A stretch of DNA of 64,000 nt from Torpedo marmorata (GCA_977017645.1 OZ360230.1:90148001-90212000); one strand, 5' to 3'; shown: positions 12,456-25,358, numbered from the stretch's first letter. A program made the numbers and translations. Notes: generated by a model from the sequence alone, not told the origin.

Positions 12456-12995
12456 TGTAAGAGCTGTAGGCTTGGTTACTTACCTTGGTCGCGGCGCTCC
12501 GATGGTCTCGGCGGGTTTCGGAGGAGACGTGGAAGTTGGTGGGCCGTGCTGGGCCTATTTAGTGCTCTGTGCATGCGCGGCAGTGCCGACGGGCGTATGC
12601 GTAGTGGGGAAGTGGTTGGAGCATGCGCAGTTGGGAAGTGACGGCAGTATGCACGGTGTAGTGTGCGCGGTGGAATATGCGCAGTGAGCATGCGCGAATC
12701 GGGAAAGAAAATATAGAAAAAGATGGCAGCTTAGAGGAGGGTGAGTGAGATCGCCATATGTTTCATTGACCGTTTAAAGTCGTTTCATTGAATGTTTAAA
12801 GACATTTAAAGGACGTTTAAAGGAATCACTTAAAGGAATTTATTAATCGTCGTTATCAAGAATTGTTTATATTTCGTTTAAAGAAGATATTTAAGTCATT
12901 GAAGATTGCTACAAGTCACGTGTGTAAATAAAGTTTTTTGATCCTATTGGACTTGTTAGTAAATTAATTGAAACGCGTCAAGAACAAGTATCTCA
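12456..12995 (+). mobile_element. Solo-LTR-like element (TGTAAG...CTCA), no TSD seen
   Basis: TG..CA ends, CpG-rich 5' part, AATAAA ~65 bp before the end; 3' end resembles 42144-42513. Confidence 0.6.
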
Positions 12996-13079
12996 CCTAG
13001 CCTCCAAGTGACTATTTGTTGGATTGAAGTCACTATTGGGGGGGGTGGGGTTGAGTGGTTATTACAGAGGTTTCAGCTC

Positions 13080-13485
13080 TCACTGTGCGATGGTGGGGGA
13101 GCCTTTAACTGTGGCCTTTTATCACAGAGCCTTTGCAGTCACTACACCAAGCATCAGTATGTCCCTCACCACACAGTCCTGGACCTTGGATTCTGCCAGT
13201 CTGCAACATTGGGCTGCGTGCAGTTCCTTGCACAGAAACATTCCAGCAGACCAAAAGAACTGAAATGATAATCTTCCAGTGGCAGCCAAGTTTGTCTCAG
13301 TGTACATCCCTGGATCTGGGAACTGAGCGCACAGTCCTGCCTCATGCGATTGTACAGGGTGGACTTTGGCGAAAGACCACTGTACCTTTTTCCTGACTTT
13401 GGCAAGCGCACACTCCAGAAAGAAATGAATTATGGTCTCATCCCCAACATAGCCACCTGAAGGGCAGTATGCAGCATCACTGAAA
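13080..13485 (-). mobile_element. Tx1-clade L1 ORF2 C-terminal fragment
   Basis: CP....GDETIIHFFLEC zinc-knuckle remnant and CCRLAESKVQDCVVRD..LG..TAKAL, typical of Tx1. Confidence 0.8.
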
Positions 13486-14319
13486 ATTGCTGGAAGCATT
13501 GTTAAGGAGAACAATAAAAAAAAACACCAGGAGAATCATACAATGTTGGCAAACCTATCTTCAATATATTAATAACTAATATAGAAGTGCTTAATCTTTT
13601 ATCCCTGTTGTGCATTCCCTCCAAGAATTTTTTTTCTACAATGTTTGCAAATCTGGAACTTCATCCCCAATAATAATAGGAGCAGGGAATAGGAACATGG
13701 AAATATACATTTGTGCAAGTTTCAAAATGAGACTTTGCTCCTTTGAGAAGGCAGTGAAAATGTCAAAATAAAATGATGGTAAAGAAATATGACAAATTTT
13801 AAGTGCAAATGTGGATTGTTATTCACTAAAATATCATGACAGGTACCTTCATCACAGCTTCCATTCAAATACTGCACCATATAGATCAATACCTTAATAA
13901 CACTCCTTCCACCCACTTCAACTGACAAAATTCAATGGGCTGTTAATAGCTTCTCGACCATTGAGAGAGCGCTAACTCTAATACCTGAAAATGCATTTTC
14001 CTGTTAGCATATTAACAAGCACAGTGAAAAATGTAACCCAGGGGGTTTGCAAAGCTTTCGTGCAATTGAATAGAAGTGTCATATAACCAGATTTTTTCCC
14101 ACGCAGACATGTGAAACAAAAGGAAAACTACTTCAGGAAAAGTCCAGGAGCAATTCACTGTTTGAATTGTTCCAAAAATATCTATTTTTAACAACATTCT
14201 CCTGATGGTGCTGCATCTGATGGGTCTGATGCACCATCTACCCTCTGATGTGTTGAGCAACTGGCCTGTGGACCGGTTAACAGGCCACTGGCTACATGAT
14301 CACAGATCATGGTCATGAT

Positions 14320-14612
14320 AATAATGACAATGAGTTTATTGTCATATACATTTTAAAATAAAATGCACATGATCACCGAAATTCTTTCTGCAGCAGAACA
14401 GGCAAAAAAAAAACTACCACAGTATACACTAAATAAAATGAAAAAGAGATAATAAATACACTAGATAGATAATAAATATTCAGTTACCATAGTGCAAGAA
14501 AAAGGTGGTGTTACAATTATGCAGACAGGTTTTTTTGTGATATTGGAGCAGTCCCTGATTTGTATGAGGAGGAGGTTCAAGAGCCTGCTAACCCCTGGAA
14601 AGGAACTGTTCT
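14320..14612 (-). mobile_element. Old Rex1-type 3'UTR fragment
   Basis: tttattgtcat tail and ggttcaagagcctg...ggaaaggaactgttctt motif. Confidence 0.6.
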
Positions 14613-14622
14613 TACACACACA

Positions 14623-14860
14623 TTGACATACAGAACAGTAATGGGCCCTTTCGGCCCACGAGCCCTTGTCGCCCAATTATACCCAATTGACCTACACCCT
14701 CGGCACGTTTTGAACGGTGGGAGGAAACTGGAGCACCCAGAGGAAAGCCATGCAGATACGGGGAGAACGTACAAGCTCCTAACAGACAGCGCCGGATTCA
14801 AACCCGGGTTGCTGGCGCTGTAACAGCATAACACTAACCGCTACGCTAACCATGCCGCCC
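14623..14860 (-). mobile_element. tRNA-derived SINE (HE1/V-SINE-like, young family)
   Basis: Minus strand reads gggcggcatggttagcgtagcggttag (A box), gggtttgaatcc (B box) and the V-type core ggagcttgtacgttctcccc. Confidence 0.9.
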
Positions 14861-15001
14861 CAGGTTCTTGAAGTTGCTGGTTTCTGTATCTTCACTCGAA
14901 GGAGCAGTGGGAAGTGTTGTGACCAGGGTGATGGGGTCCTTCGTGATATTGGTTACTCGACATCACATGCTTACCTATGCCAGCAGGGATCACTGGATAA
15001 C

Positions 15002-15210
15002 TGGAGACACACAGGAGACTGCAAATACTGGAATCTGGAGCAACAAACAATCTGCTGGAGGAACTCAGCGGGTCGAGCAGCATCAGCGGGAGAAAAAAAT
15101 AACTGTTAACGTTTCAGGCTGGAACTCTTCATCTTGATGTTTTGATGAAGCATTATGGCCCAAAACGCTGATGCTCCTCGACCCACTGAGTTCCTCCAGC
15201 AGATTGTATG
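15002..15210. mobile_element. Palindromic Penelope pseudo-LTR insertion
   Basis: TSD tcactg(g/c)ataac (14990-15001, 15211-15222); inverted arms ctgctggaggaactcag / ctgagttcctccagcag. Confidence 0.8.
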
Positions 15211-17342
15211 TCACTGCATAACAGTTGAGAACATGCAGAATTTTCGTGTTCTCTGGCTCAACATCAATAAAAACAGCTCTACCTCCAACTTGCAGTTAAA
15301 CTAAGCCAAGAATCTGTTCAGCTGGACAGGCCAATGCTAGACCCTTAAGCCTGTGATCAGTTGAAAATGATCCTGTGGTGAAAGGTCTCCTTAATTGGCC
15401 ATCTTGGCAAGACCAGATGACTGGGTGACGTAAGTGGCTCTCATACGTGCCTATTCTCCAATAGGCTGAGACCAGCTCTTGGAATCGAACTAAAACTGTT
15501 TGCCAGTGCCGTGTTCAGGTTGCCTCCCATTGCAAACAACTTCACACAGTCTGCAGTGATGCTCAGCCTAGAGCTCTTGGCATCAACACAAACTATGTAA
15601 TAAAACTGTCCTGAAGGAAAGGAAATTAGATAGATGAGCAAACTACCAGTAACTATAAAATGGACATGTTTAGGAACAGCTTCTTTGAAATCCTGGGAGA
15701 ATTCTCAATGTGCAGACTTATTCCAATCTCTTCAACATAATTGGATTTCTTTGGCATGTTCCAAAGCCATTGTCCTGAATTTTATTCTGAGCATTATGAA
15801 TTTTACAGTGTGTGGATAGGTTTTAAACCATCATCGTGAGACCATGAGTTAATCCAAGCTGGTGAGCACATGGGTGGCAGGGAAGGGGACTCGCTCTACA
15901 AGAGGATATGGCAGCAGAGTTTAAGCATGGGGACAGGTTTTCAGAAGGTGGAGGGCTGGAGAGTGAGCAGATGAGCAGTGGGCAAGTTGTAAAAGCAGAT
16001 AGGCCAAGGCAGTGATTGTTACAGGCGATGTGATGGAAGTGACAAAAGCTGTGAAGCAGGTCAGCTCAAGGAGAATTAAATGTGCAGGTAATGAAGAGTT
16101 TTTTCAGCTCAAGAAAGAACACATCCACAAACCATTCTGTTCCGACCAAGGATCTTTGACCTGAAATGTTAACTCTCTTTTTCTGGAGATGCTACCTGCC
16201 CTGCTGAGTGTTTGTTGTCATGTCAGATTTTTAGCTTTTGCAATTATGCAATAAATAATACAAGATTACAAAAAAGAATCATAGCCTGGATTTAAACAAC
16301 ACTTTGCATTAACCCCAAAACGTAATGCAGCAAGGAATTCGTTTTCATTGGTTTTCTGCCAGTAGGCAAAATAAAGGAAAACATTGTCTATCAACACCAC
16401 AAATTTTATCCATCAACTAAACAAAACTGCTGCAGAATTCCCTCGTGTATCGCAGCAAGACATGCTGCAGAACTGTGAAAATTACAATGATTCAGCTCTG
16501 GATCGAATCTCTTCAAAAGATCTGGTCAGCCTCGTACTATACCAGCAACAGATTTCTCAGCTGGTTCTTCACCGTGCACTGACCGCTAGCTTAAAAACCT
16601 GCAATCCAAGGATTACATGAAAGACAATGTTTGCTGCAGTTATAAGTAATGTTCCCAACTGATTAAGGAAATGACCTCTCATGGGTACAGCGATCATCCA
16701 AGGGTATTTTATATTAAAATGCCCCCTAGGTCAATTCTAAAAGGCTGGATCAATAATTTACCTTCATACCCTTCAACTGCAGTCAATGGTGTCAGAATAT
16801 AAGATGAACAAGGTGTTCCTTGTGTTTAACTGAAACACAAATACATCTGTTTTTGTGTGTTCAACTTCTCAGCATTATTGTAGCTCAAAGCAGCAACCCA
16901 GATATTCTGAAGTATAGCAACTATATCTGGGTTGATATTTGTCCCTCAAACAAGTTCAAGTTTATCATCATCTGACGGTACATATACAACCCGGTGAAAC
17001 AGCATTTCTCCAGACCACGGTGCACACACATGCACACAATACACAGCACATAATTACATATATACTCAATATACCATTGTTATTTCCTCTCTGTCTCTAG
17101 AAGGTGATTGTGTGGAATTTGGTTATTGCAAAGCACAGCTATATAAATTTTTAAAAATAAGTTAAGAATGGCCCAGAAGTTGGAAAAGTGCTAATTAAAT
17201 GTGTATGCTTTCTATTTTTAAGCAGATTTTAATATCTTCCAGTATTGCTCTTTTCAATCTTCTTGTCACAACTTAAGCTTTCGTGGGATGCAAATTTGTC
17301 ACCACCAAGCTGTCCTCTTGCGCTTCATCAGAAGAGTCACTA

Positions 17343-17944
17343 GGCCCTTTTATAGTGCAAAAAAAGCGATTGTAAAGACAGAACATTTCTGTCTTTAAGT
17401 CGCTTCACTTACCTCCATAAAAGGTCCGATGGCGGATTGGCCAATCGAACTCCGATCCGCCTTGGGGGGTACACACAGAGGTGGAGTGAATCGCTCCACC
17501 TCCTCCATAAAACGAATGCCGCTAAAAGCGGCGGCAAAGGGGAGGGCTGATGACGTCGCGATGACGCCGTCAGCCCATGACCCAGGAGCGCAAATTTTAA
17601 AAAACCCATATGGTTAATAGAGGCTATTACGCTGCGCAGGAGATCTGCCTGAGTCCTAAGACTGCCTGCACAGATCTCCACCAGCGCTCTTACCTGCTCT
17701 TCGGTCACCATTTTCAGGTATAGGCCGCTTTCCCTTCCCGGCGCGTATATTTGACGTCATGATGGCGGGCGGCGCTACTGCACCACTCGCCTCGCCTCCC
17801 TCAGATCGGGAAGCCGGCTCCCGACGCAGCTCAGCATAAAGGCAACGCTGGATACGCCATATAGGTCGTCACCATAAAAAGTAATTTCACCTTTTTTTTT
17901 TTACTTGAGCCGGCTTTATTGCAGTGTTTAAGTATAAAAAGGGT
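17343..17944. mobile_element. Non-autonomous DNA transposon, PIF/Harbinger-like
   Basis: Imperfect TIRs ggcccttttata / tataaaaagggt flanked by TA(G); CpG-rich interior. Confidence 0.7.
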
Positions 17945-17979
17945 TAGTGACTGGTGGTTCGATAGAGCAGCCTTATCAA

Positions 17980-18292
17980 AATACAGAATGGAAACAGGCT
18001 CTTCAACCCACACGGTCCGCGCCAACCATCAAGTATGCATTTACACTAAACCCATGTTCTCTTCCATTATCCCCAGATTCTACCGTTACCACTGCACACC
18101 GGGGGCAATTCACAAGTCGATTAATCAACCAATCACTACATCTTTGGGATGTTGGAGAAAATCGGAATAGCTGGAGGAAACCCATGGAGTCATAGGCAGA
18201 CATGCAAATTCAACACTGAAAGCACCAGGAAAGTGAACCTGGGTCACTGGAGCTGTGAGACAGCAGCTCTATTGGCTGCACCACTGTGGTAC
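17980..18292 (-). mobile_element. Older tRNA-SINE with CR1-type tail
   Basis: catctttgggatgttggagaaaatcgg...gaacctgggtcactggagctgtgag, the complement of the SINE core and B box. Confidence 0.75.
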
Positions 18293-18364
18293 CCTAAACC
18301 CTGGTTCTGTTGTCCACTCATGGTCAAAGTCCACGGATTGAGACTTTCAGCTAACTCTTTGGAA

Positions 18365-18805
18365 CACAGAGAACATGGAACAGCGCAGAAAGGTGGTCTT
18401 CGGCCCACAACCCACAATGTCTTTGCTGAACATGACACACAATTTAAACTAAAGCTTTGCTGCTTGCATGTGATATGTATCCCTCCTTTCCCTGCCTCAC
18501 CATGTATCCATCTAGAAGCCTCTTAAATGCTACTGTGGTATCTGCTTCAATCACTACTTCTGGCAGTCCGTTTGAGGCATCTACCACTCAATGTGGAAAA
18601 ACGTACCCTGCTCATATCCTTAAATTTCCACCCCCACCACCCCCCCACCTTAAACATATGTCCTCTTAAGCATGTGACATTTTTACCTTGGGAAAAAGAT
18701 TCTAACTGTTTACCCTATCAATGCCTCTTAAAACGTTATAAACTTTTATGATGTCACCCCTCAGCCTCCGACACTCCAGAGAAAACAACCAAAGTTTGTC
18801 CAAGC
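18365..18805 (-). mobile_element. CR1/HER1 LINE 3' fragment
   Basis: cccctcagcctccgacactccagagaaaacaacc is the complement of the LFSLE.RRLRGD motif; CR1 tail. Confidence 0.8.
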
Positions 18806-19369
18806 AATTGCTATAATTAAGTCCATTGCAGTACTGCTATGTTACCCTGATTTGGATGATCTAATTCAATCAAATCCACCAAATGAACCTGCACCCACCT
18901 GGACAATGCAGAGGGGATATTAACCAAACAATATGGATGTGAGATTATTGCAGACACTTTTTTCATTATTCAACTTTTCAAGCGACAACTAAATCACTTT
19001 TAAGTCAATGATATACTTTGCCTGCAGCCTGGGAAGGAAATGGAGCTGACTGCTTACCAAGGCAAGGCACATAAAACCAGATCCGAACCAGAGGCTCCAG
19101 CCCCCCTGCGTGTCCCCCACTGCTGGCTCAGGTTTCTTATAGATATAAAATGGAAGATTAAGGTGTTAGGCTTCATTCTGGGGAACAAAGGGTTTCTGTG
19201 GCTCAAATCGGATATATTGAAGGAAATGGTCTCCATGGCTATCATGGGAAAGACAAGTGTGAAATCTGCAAGCAGCCAGGGACACAGAATACTCATGGTG
19301 TTCAGTATTTTCACAGTCATTGAGATGTATATCTAACAGATGTACAGCCACCCCAGACTTTTCTTTCAG

Positions 19370-19392
19370 GTGTCTACAGATTTTCGTGTTTT
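19370..19392 (+). mobile_element. 23 bp Penelope 3'-terminus micro-insertion
   Basis: gtgtctacagattttcgtgtttt, identical to the end of the 51656-51897 element, between 13 bp TSDs acttttctttcag (19357-19369, 19393-19405). Confidence 0.85.
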
Positions 19393-20339
19393 ACTTTTCT
19401 TTCAGTAACCTGAGAGGGAAACGCTGGAAACCACAAGGACTGCTGCACTCTATGGGCAGAGATCAGGGTCTTTACTACTGCCCCCGTACTATCTGCAGTT
19501 AGAAAAACAACCTGTCACGAAAGTCAGGCCAGCATGGGAAATGCCAAAATTCAAATGCTCCTGTTGGTCACAACCTGTCCTGCTGCTTTCTTTTGCAGCC
19601 ACCATTGATTCTCCTGCCCAGGATTGCATTTTACCTGCTAATGGTGCGATAAAACATTGCCTTGTTGAGCAAGAATGTCAAATTGGACCCCATCCCCTTC
19701 ACCAATAAACCTGTTCAAAATGTATGGTTGTTGTTGACTGAGAAATGACAAAAGATTTTCCAGAGGCTTTAAAGGTTCTTCTTTGATTATTTGCTCGAGC
19801 AAAGAAATCATCCAAATAAAAAAATGGAAAAAAAAATCAAATGCTTGCAATCCGAAAATATTGGAAACTCTCAGCAGATCAGACAGCACCTGTGGAAGAG
19901 AAACAGAGCAAATGTTTCAGGTCGAAGGTGAAGAGGCATCAGCCTGAATCGTCTGCTCTTTTTCCCATCCTAACACAAATCCCTACACCAAAATCAGATA
20001 TCATATATGCCCAGAGTAAAGTGATCCAAGTCTTCGTTGTTATAGGAGTAAAAGCATTAGCAGTCAACCTGAAGTTAGACAAAAATGAAAGAATTTCATG
20101 TATGTTACATTTTAAATGTAGTATCACGTGACAATAATGGAACCTTTACCTTTTACATGTTTATTACAAACACTGACAAAATAGCTTTGCATGGTTTGTG
20201 TTACAGAGAAAATCTACAATTACTGATGCCTTCCCTGGGTCAATGGACATGGTGAAGGGATTATTGATTCACCATGTCCAAATTCTGAACCCGAGAGATA
20301 TTTTTTTTTACAATCTGTAACTTCATGATTTATGAATGG

Positions 20340-20480
20340 AGTTAAACAAGAAAGTCTGCAGATGCTGGGGTCGAGTGCAATACACAAATGTGCTGGAGAA
20401 ACTCAGCAGGTCACGCAGTATTCACAGGAAGCAAAGGGTAACCAAGGTTTCAGGCCTGGGCCTTTCATCGGGTGTACAGT
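20340..20480 (-). mobile_element. Penelope pseudo-LTR insertion
   Basis: 12 bp TSD atttatgaatgg (20328-20339, 20481-20492). Confidence 0.85.
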
Positions 20481-20826
20481 ATTTATGAATGGGATAGCTT
20501 TCAAAAATACACCTGCTTACTTCATCTGAAGTAATCAAGTCCTAGTCCAAATTTATGAGTAATAACAACTTGCACTTTATTACAGCATGCTTAAAGATTC
20601 GGGGATTATTACAGGACTGTTGGCAGAGTAAAGGATACATCAAACAGAGAGGAATTTGGGAAGGACCAGAACTGGCAATGATACCAGAGGCTACTGAAAG
20701 AAGGGCACAAGGGTGCAGGTCAATTTAGAGGGTAGGAAATCTAGGATTTCTAGGAAAATCTAAGGGCTAGCAAAAGCCAATTGGTAGATAGAGGGATTAT
20801 GGGGTGGGGGACTGCTAGTGGAGAAA

Positions 20827-20902
20827 CTGTTTGACCTGCTGAGTTTCTCCAGCATTTGTGTTTTTTACTTCAATCACGGTGTCTACAGATTTTCGTGTTT
20901 TA
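20827..20902 (+). mobile_element. Truncated Penelope pseudo-LTR insertion
   Basis: 12 bp TSD ctagtggagaaa (20815-20826, 20903-20914). Confidence 0.85.
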
Positions 20903-21202
20903 CTAGTGGAGAAAGAAGCAGGCTCAGTAACCAGAGGATGGCGGATAAACAGCTGGGAGGTGGGAAAGGTGGTCAGAAAGGTAAATTATTTTGGGGGACC
21001 TGAGGAGGGATTACAGCATTGGATTGGAATCTACCTTACGCGCCAGTTCCTTTCAAACAACGACAAAGTGGATCTTGCGGGCATTGTGAAAACCTTTCAC
21101 TGTGTAGATGTTTATTTCAAAAATATACTTTATTCCAAAAATTTGCCAATAGACAAAATGGACAATAATAAGGAATGTATGGAGAGAATCTACTTGGAAC
21201 AA

Positions 21203-21475
21203 CTTGCAAAAAGTTGCTGCACCCCGGCACCATTTTTGACTGGACCTCCTGTGAGTAGAAGATAATGCCTTGCATCGTTTACAGTACTGATCTTTTTAAA
21301 CACGATACCCTGCACGGTTAATCGTTGTAATACCATCTCCTGGACTTCTGTTTTTAATTCTTGCATTACCTGTTGTATTATTGATGGGTTGATTTGCTTG
21401 GATATCATGCAAAACAAAGTTTTTCTCTCTATTCCCGGTACATGTATGTGACAAGAAACAATTCAATTCAATAAA
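21203..21475 (+). mobile_element. Rex1-type 3'UTR fragment
   Basis: tttgcttggatatcatgcaaaacaaagttttt...tgacaa and a (TTCAA)n tail. Confidence 0.6.
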
Positions 21476-22337
21476 ATGGAACATTTATTTGTCATCATTC
21501 ACTGCAACAAGCACCTTTGCTACAATATTTACATTTTCTCTACATGGCATCAATTTGTCACTCTCATACATTCCACCAGCAATACCAAAACTGCAGAAAT
21601 GGTGCTCTGGCCTGCATTACACGCTGCTGTGACCTCTATGCCTTTGCATATCCAACACACTGAGGTTCTGGAAGCTCCATTGGAATTAATTTTTCATTTT
21701 TGAAACACAATCACATACAGTACTTTACAAAAATATGGCGCTACATGTGTCAACTTCAAGGCAAAATACCTTCTTCCCAGTACATTGACACTCTGGGTAT
21801 TATCTGGTCATAAACACATGAATACTCAGAAGGTACTGTTGAATGCAATATTAGAACACTGACCATACTTCACTCAGTACTTCACCGGTTGAAAAGTACT
21901 TCAGAAATGTCCTGGGGAAACCAGGAAAATGGACAGCCTTCATTTCAGAAGAGATTTTTTTTTTCAATTGGATTTTTTTATTCCTGAGGCATGGATTCTA
22001 GATGTGATGAAATAAGCAAAATTTGTAGCAAGAAGAAAATGTTACAAAGATTACAGTGCGGTTGTCTGCACCAGCTCTGTCGAGAGGCTTGCACTGCCTG
22101 TGCATGGTTGAAACCGCACCTGCCCAAAAGCTACCACGTCGTACAAGAAGCTCTAAAGAGAAGACTACAAAGCCTTTAATTTGGAACAACATCAAGAAAT
22201 ACGATTAAATGAGAGGAGACAAATCCAATCAGTCATCCTCATCATAATTTTTCCTCATCTTTACTTTACACATATTAATATTGTCAAGGGTTCTTTGGAT
22301 TTGTTCCCTTTTTAAAAAAAAAACATCAATTATGTTG

Positions 22338-22472
22338 TAGAGAAACACAAAACTGCAGATGCTGAAATCTTGAGCAAGCAATGATCTGCTGGAGGAACTC
22401 AGTGGGTCAGACAGCATCCGTGGTTAGAACTGGTCAGTCAACATTTCAGGTTGGGACCCTTTATCATGACAG
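22338..22472 (-). mobile_element. Penelope pseudo-LTR insertion
   Basis: TSD caattatg(t/c)tg (22327, 22473); same terminus as the other copies. Confidence 0.75.
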
Positions 22473-22539
22473 CAATTATGCTGAGTTCAATACCCAGTCT
22501 CCTCTTGAATTCTCATTGTGAAAATAAAGACAAGGCCAA

Positions 22540-22830
22540 TCAGTTATGATTGAGCAATCTGATTAGTATTGGTTCAGTTCTGTTGAATTATGAGTAAACA
22601 TTGGCCAGAACACTGGAGTATATTCCCAAAATCTTCTCTAAAAGAGTGCATTGAATTTTTATTGTTCTCGGAAGAATGCAGATGGTGTTTGTTTTATGTC
22701 TCATTTGAAAGATAGCAACTCCCTCTTACAGTACTAGAATGTCAATCAACATTTTTGTGATGAGGTGTTTGGTGTGAGCCTTGAAACCACAATTTCTGAC
22801 TCATTTGGATGTACTGCCAGGATAGCCAGA
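22540..22830 (-). mobile_element. Ancient Deu-domain SINE relic
   Basis: ttggccagaacactgg...gtctcatttgaaagatagcaac...cagtact...ttgaaaccacaatttctgactca. Confidence 0.55.
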
Positions 22831-23351
22831 CAGGACACCAAATTGGGTTTCATTCCCACTGTCCAAAAATTTATGTCTATTTGAATAACCAAGCTAAAAT
22901 TCTATCCAGCTATTCCGATGGTTCAGGTAACCAGAAAAGATTTCAGGGCACAATTGGGTTCAAGATTCTGCTCCATACAAAATCAAAACCACATTTATTG
23001 CTGAAATAACAAGATATTTCAAGGCAGTTCATTGTCTTTGAGATGTCTGAAATTTGTAAGAATATTTAAACGTTTTACCTGGAAATTGGTGCTCCCTGGC
23101 TACAATAAGGATCCTGATCGCTTCCTTATCCTACGGACCTCAGTCACTTTAATAAAGAGACCAGCCAACTCATCATACAGGATGCTAAGCCAAATTCTTC
23201 CAGGTCTGTATCACTCAACTCTACAGTATGCAAGGTTTAGAGCATTTATTGCTAAAATTCTACATATAATAAATAGAGGACAAGTGTATTAATTTGGAGA
23301 TGCCGCAACTAATTTATTTGTGACACATTTTCATATTTTATCACATTTCCT

Positions 23352-23645
23352 GACGATGCAGGAGGTGGTAATTTGGCCCATTACAGATTGCTCTCAGAGC
23401 AATATCATTCTCCCAGACATTTCCTTCGATCCCACTCTCTCCCAAACATCCGTGAACCCTCCTGCCAACTACCTGCACGAGGGGCAATTTACAGGGGCCA
23501 ATCAATCTAACAACCAGCATGTCTTGGGGCAATCGCTGGGAGAGCACATGAACTCCACGCGTACAGCACTGGAGGTCAGATTTGAACCCGGGTCACTGGA
23601 TCTGTGAGACAGCTGCAGTGCCTGCAATACCACAGTGCCGCTCCA
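23352..23645 (-). mobile_element. Older tRNA-SINE
   Basis: ggggcaatttaca...tttgaacccgggtcactgg...cacagtgccg. Confidence 0.7.
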
Positions 23646-24464
23646 TTATGGTGCAGTGCAATATTGAGCACAAAAATGTCCGATTTTCTCACCCCTTATG
23701 AATGGAAGCTCTGCCGGGAGTATGGTGCTTCCACAAAAGAGCTGATAGGACCCATGCATATTTGTTTCCAGTGATGACCATTTATTATTGAAACACATTT
23801 TAGTGCCTACATTTTCATTAGTTTTGACAGAACACCGAACATTATGAAGTGCACTGACCTGCATGAAAATCTCAACCTGCTGAAATCAGAAGCAAAGATG
23901 TCTATTACTCTTTGTGCACACACTAATACTGCAGAACCCCAACTGCCCTTGCCACCCCCCCCCCCCACCCACCCCAAGCCTGCTTGCTCCGATTTTCAAT
24001 TCTCCTGAGATGCTGCAGGATAATTCCTACGGATTGTCCTAATCAGGCAGAAGGCAGTGCACACAATAACCGATGCGTCTTTCTGCAGATCTGCAGAAAT
24101 CATTCTCCCAATCACTACATCATAATCCTTTCACAGACAGGCGTAGCTGCGTTATCTTACTTCCGACAGCAACTTACCGTCTCTGTCCACAGCATATAAA
24201 CCTAATCCATTTTCCCTTTTAGAGGATTGACTTCTGTGCCCCCAAGCACACTTTATCATTGTTTAATATTCCTTTATGTTTCCTTTATTACAGCTCAGTC
24301 CCTGACTGCTGTTCTCCAGACCAACACATGGATAACCATCTGACACAAATGCCAGCAGCTCTGATTTGCAAACAACTGATCTTAAATCAGCATTTGGAAC
24401 TATTCTCATGAGTAAATGAAACGTTGAGTTTTCATTAGTTCTCCTTGCCATCAATGAAGTCTTT

Positions 24465-24520
24465 AAACCCTGCTTTTGACAGGTGAAATCCCAAACCCTG
24501 CTTTTGACTGGTGAAATCCC
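24465..24520. repeat. Tandem duplication of a 28 bp unit
   Basis: aaaccctgcttttgac(a/t)ggtgaaatccc twice. Confidence 0.9.
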
Positions 24521-24984
24521 AAGTATTTCATTCTCTTAATGATGGATAAAAAAAGACACATTCATACAACTGTTTCTCACAATTATCTAAGAAGCCATTT
24601 ACAAGTAATTGATTACTTCTGAATTGCAGGTCACACAGGCAAACACGACAGCCATTTTGCATTTATCAAGTGCTAACAAACAGCAATGACAGGAATGGGC
24701 AATAAATCCTGTCTTTGGTCATGTTGGTTAACCCCAGCTTTGATCTTGGACAACAAGTGTTTGCCTTCGAATTGTGCCAAGGGAGCCTCAACATCACTCT
24801 TAAGAATTTCAGGTTCCCTTATTGACTGCACCTGCAAACCATGACCCAGGTTTGTGCATTTGAATGTAAACTTTGGAATCACAGCCAACAGTGCTATCTC
24901 AAAGAGCAAATCAGCATTGTTTTTACAAAAAAAAACTGACCACAAATGCCTGGAGCCTTTTCAGTTGTTCACTTAGTTATTAAG

Positions 24985-25358
24985 TGAGCAGCAGCAATCA
25001 TCAAAGACCCACACCACCCAGTACACGCTCTGTTCTCGCTGCTGCCATCAGGAAAGAGGTATAGGTGCCACAAGACTCACACCACCAGGTTCAGGAACAG
25101 CTGCTACCCCTCCACCATCAGACTCCTCAACGACAAACTCTTACTTATTGATTTTCTTTTTTATTCTCTCTGTATTGCACAGTCAGTTTGTTTACATTCG
25201 TTATCTATTTACAGTTCTTTATTTGTTTACATGTTTACGCTGTGTACAGTTTTTTTTGCACAACCAATTAGTGGTAATTCTGCCGGGCCTGCAGGAAAAA
25301 AGAATCTCAGGGTTGTATGTGATGTCATGTAAGTACTCTGTCAATAAATCTGAAATCT
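24985..25358 (+). mobile_element. Rex1/Babar 3' fragment (CTGAAAT-tail subfamily)
   Basis: AAAIIKDPHHPVHALFSLLPSGKRYRC; same 3'UTR as 44375-44771. Confidence 0.9.

Noticed and set aside
24465-24520. 28 bp tandem duplication as a functional element
   Set aside because: A simple two-copy local duplication with no other supporting signal
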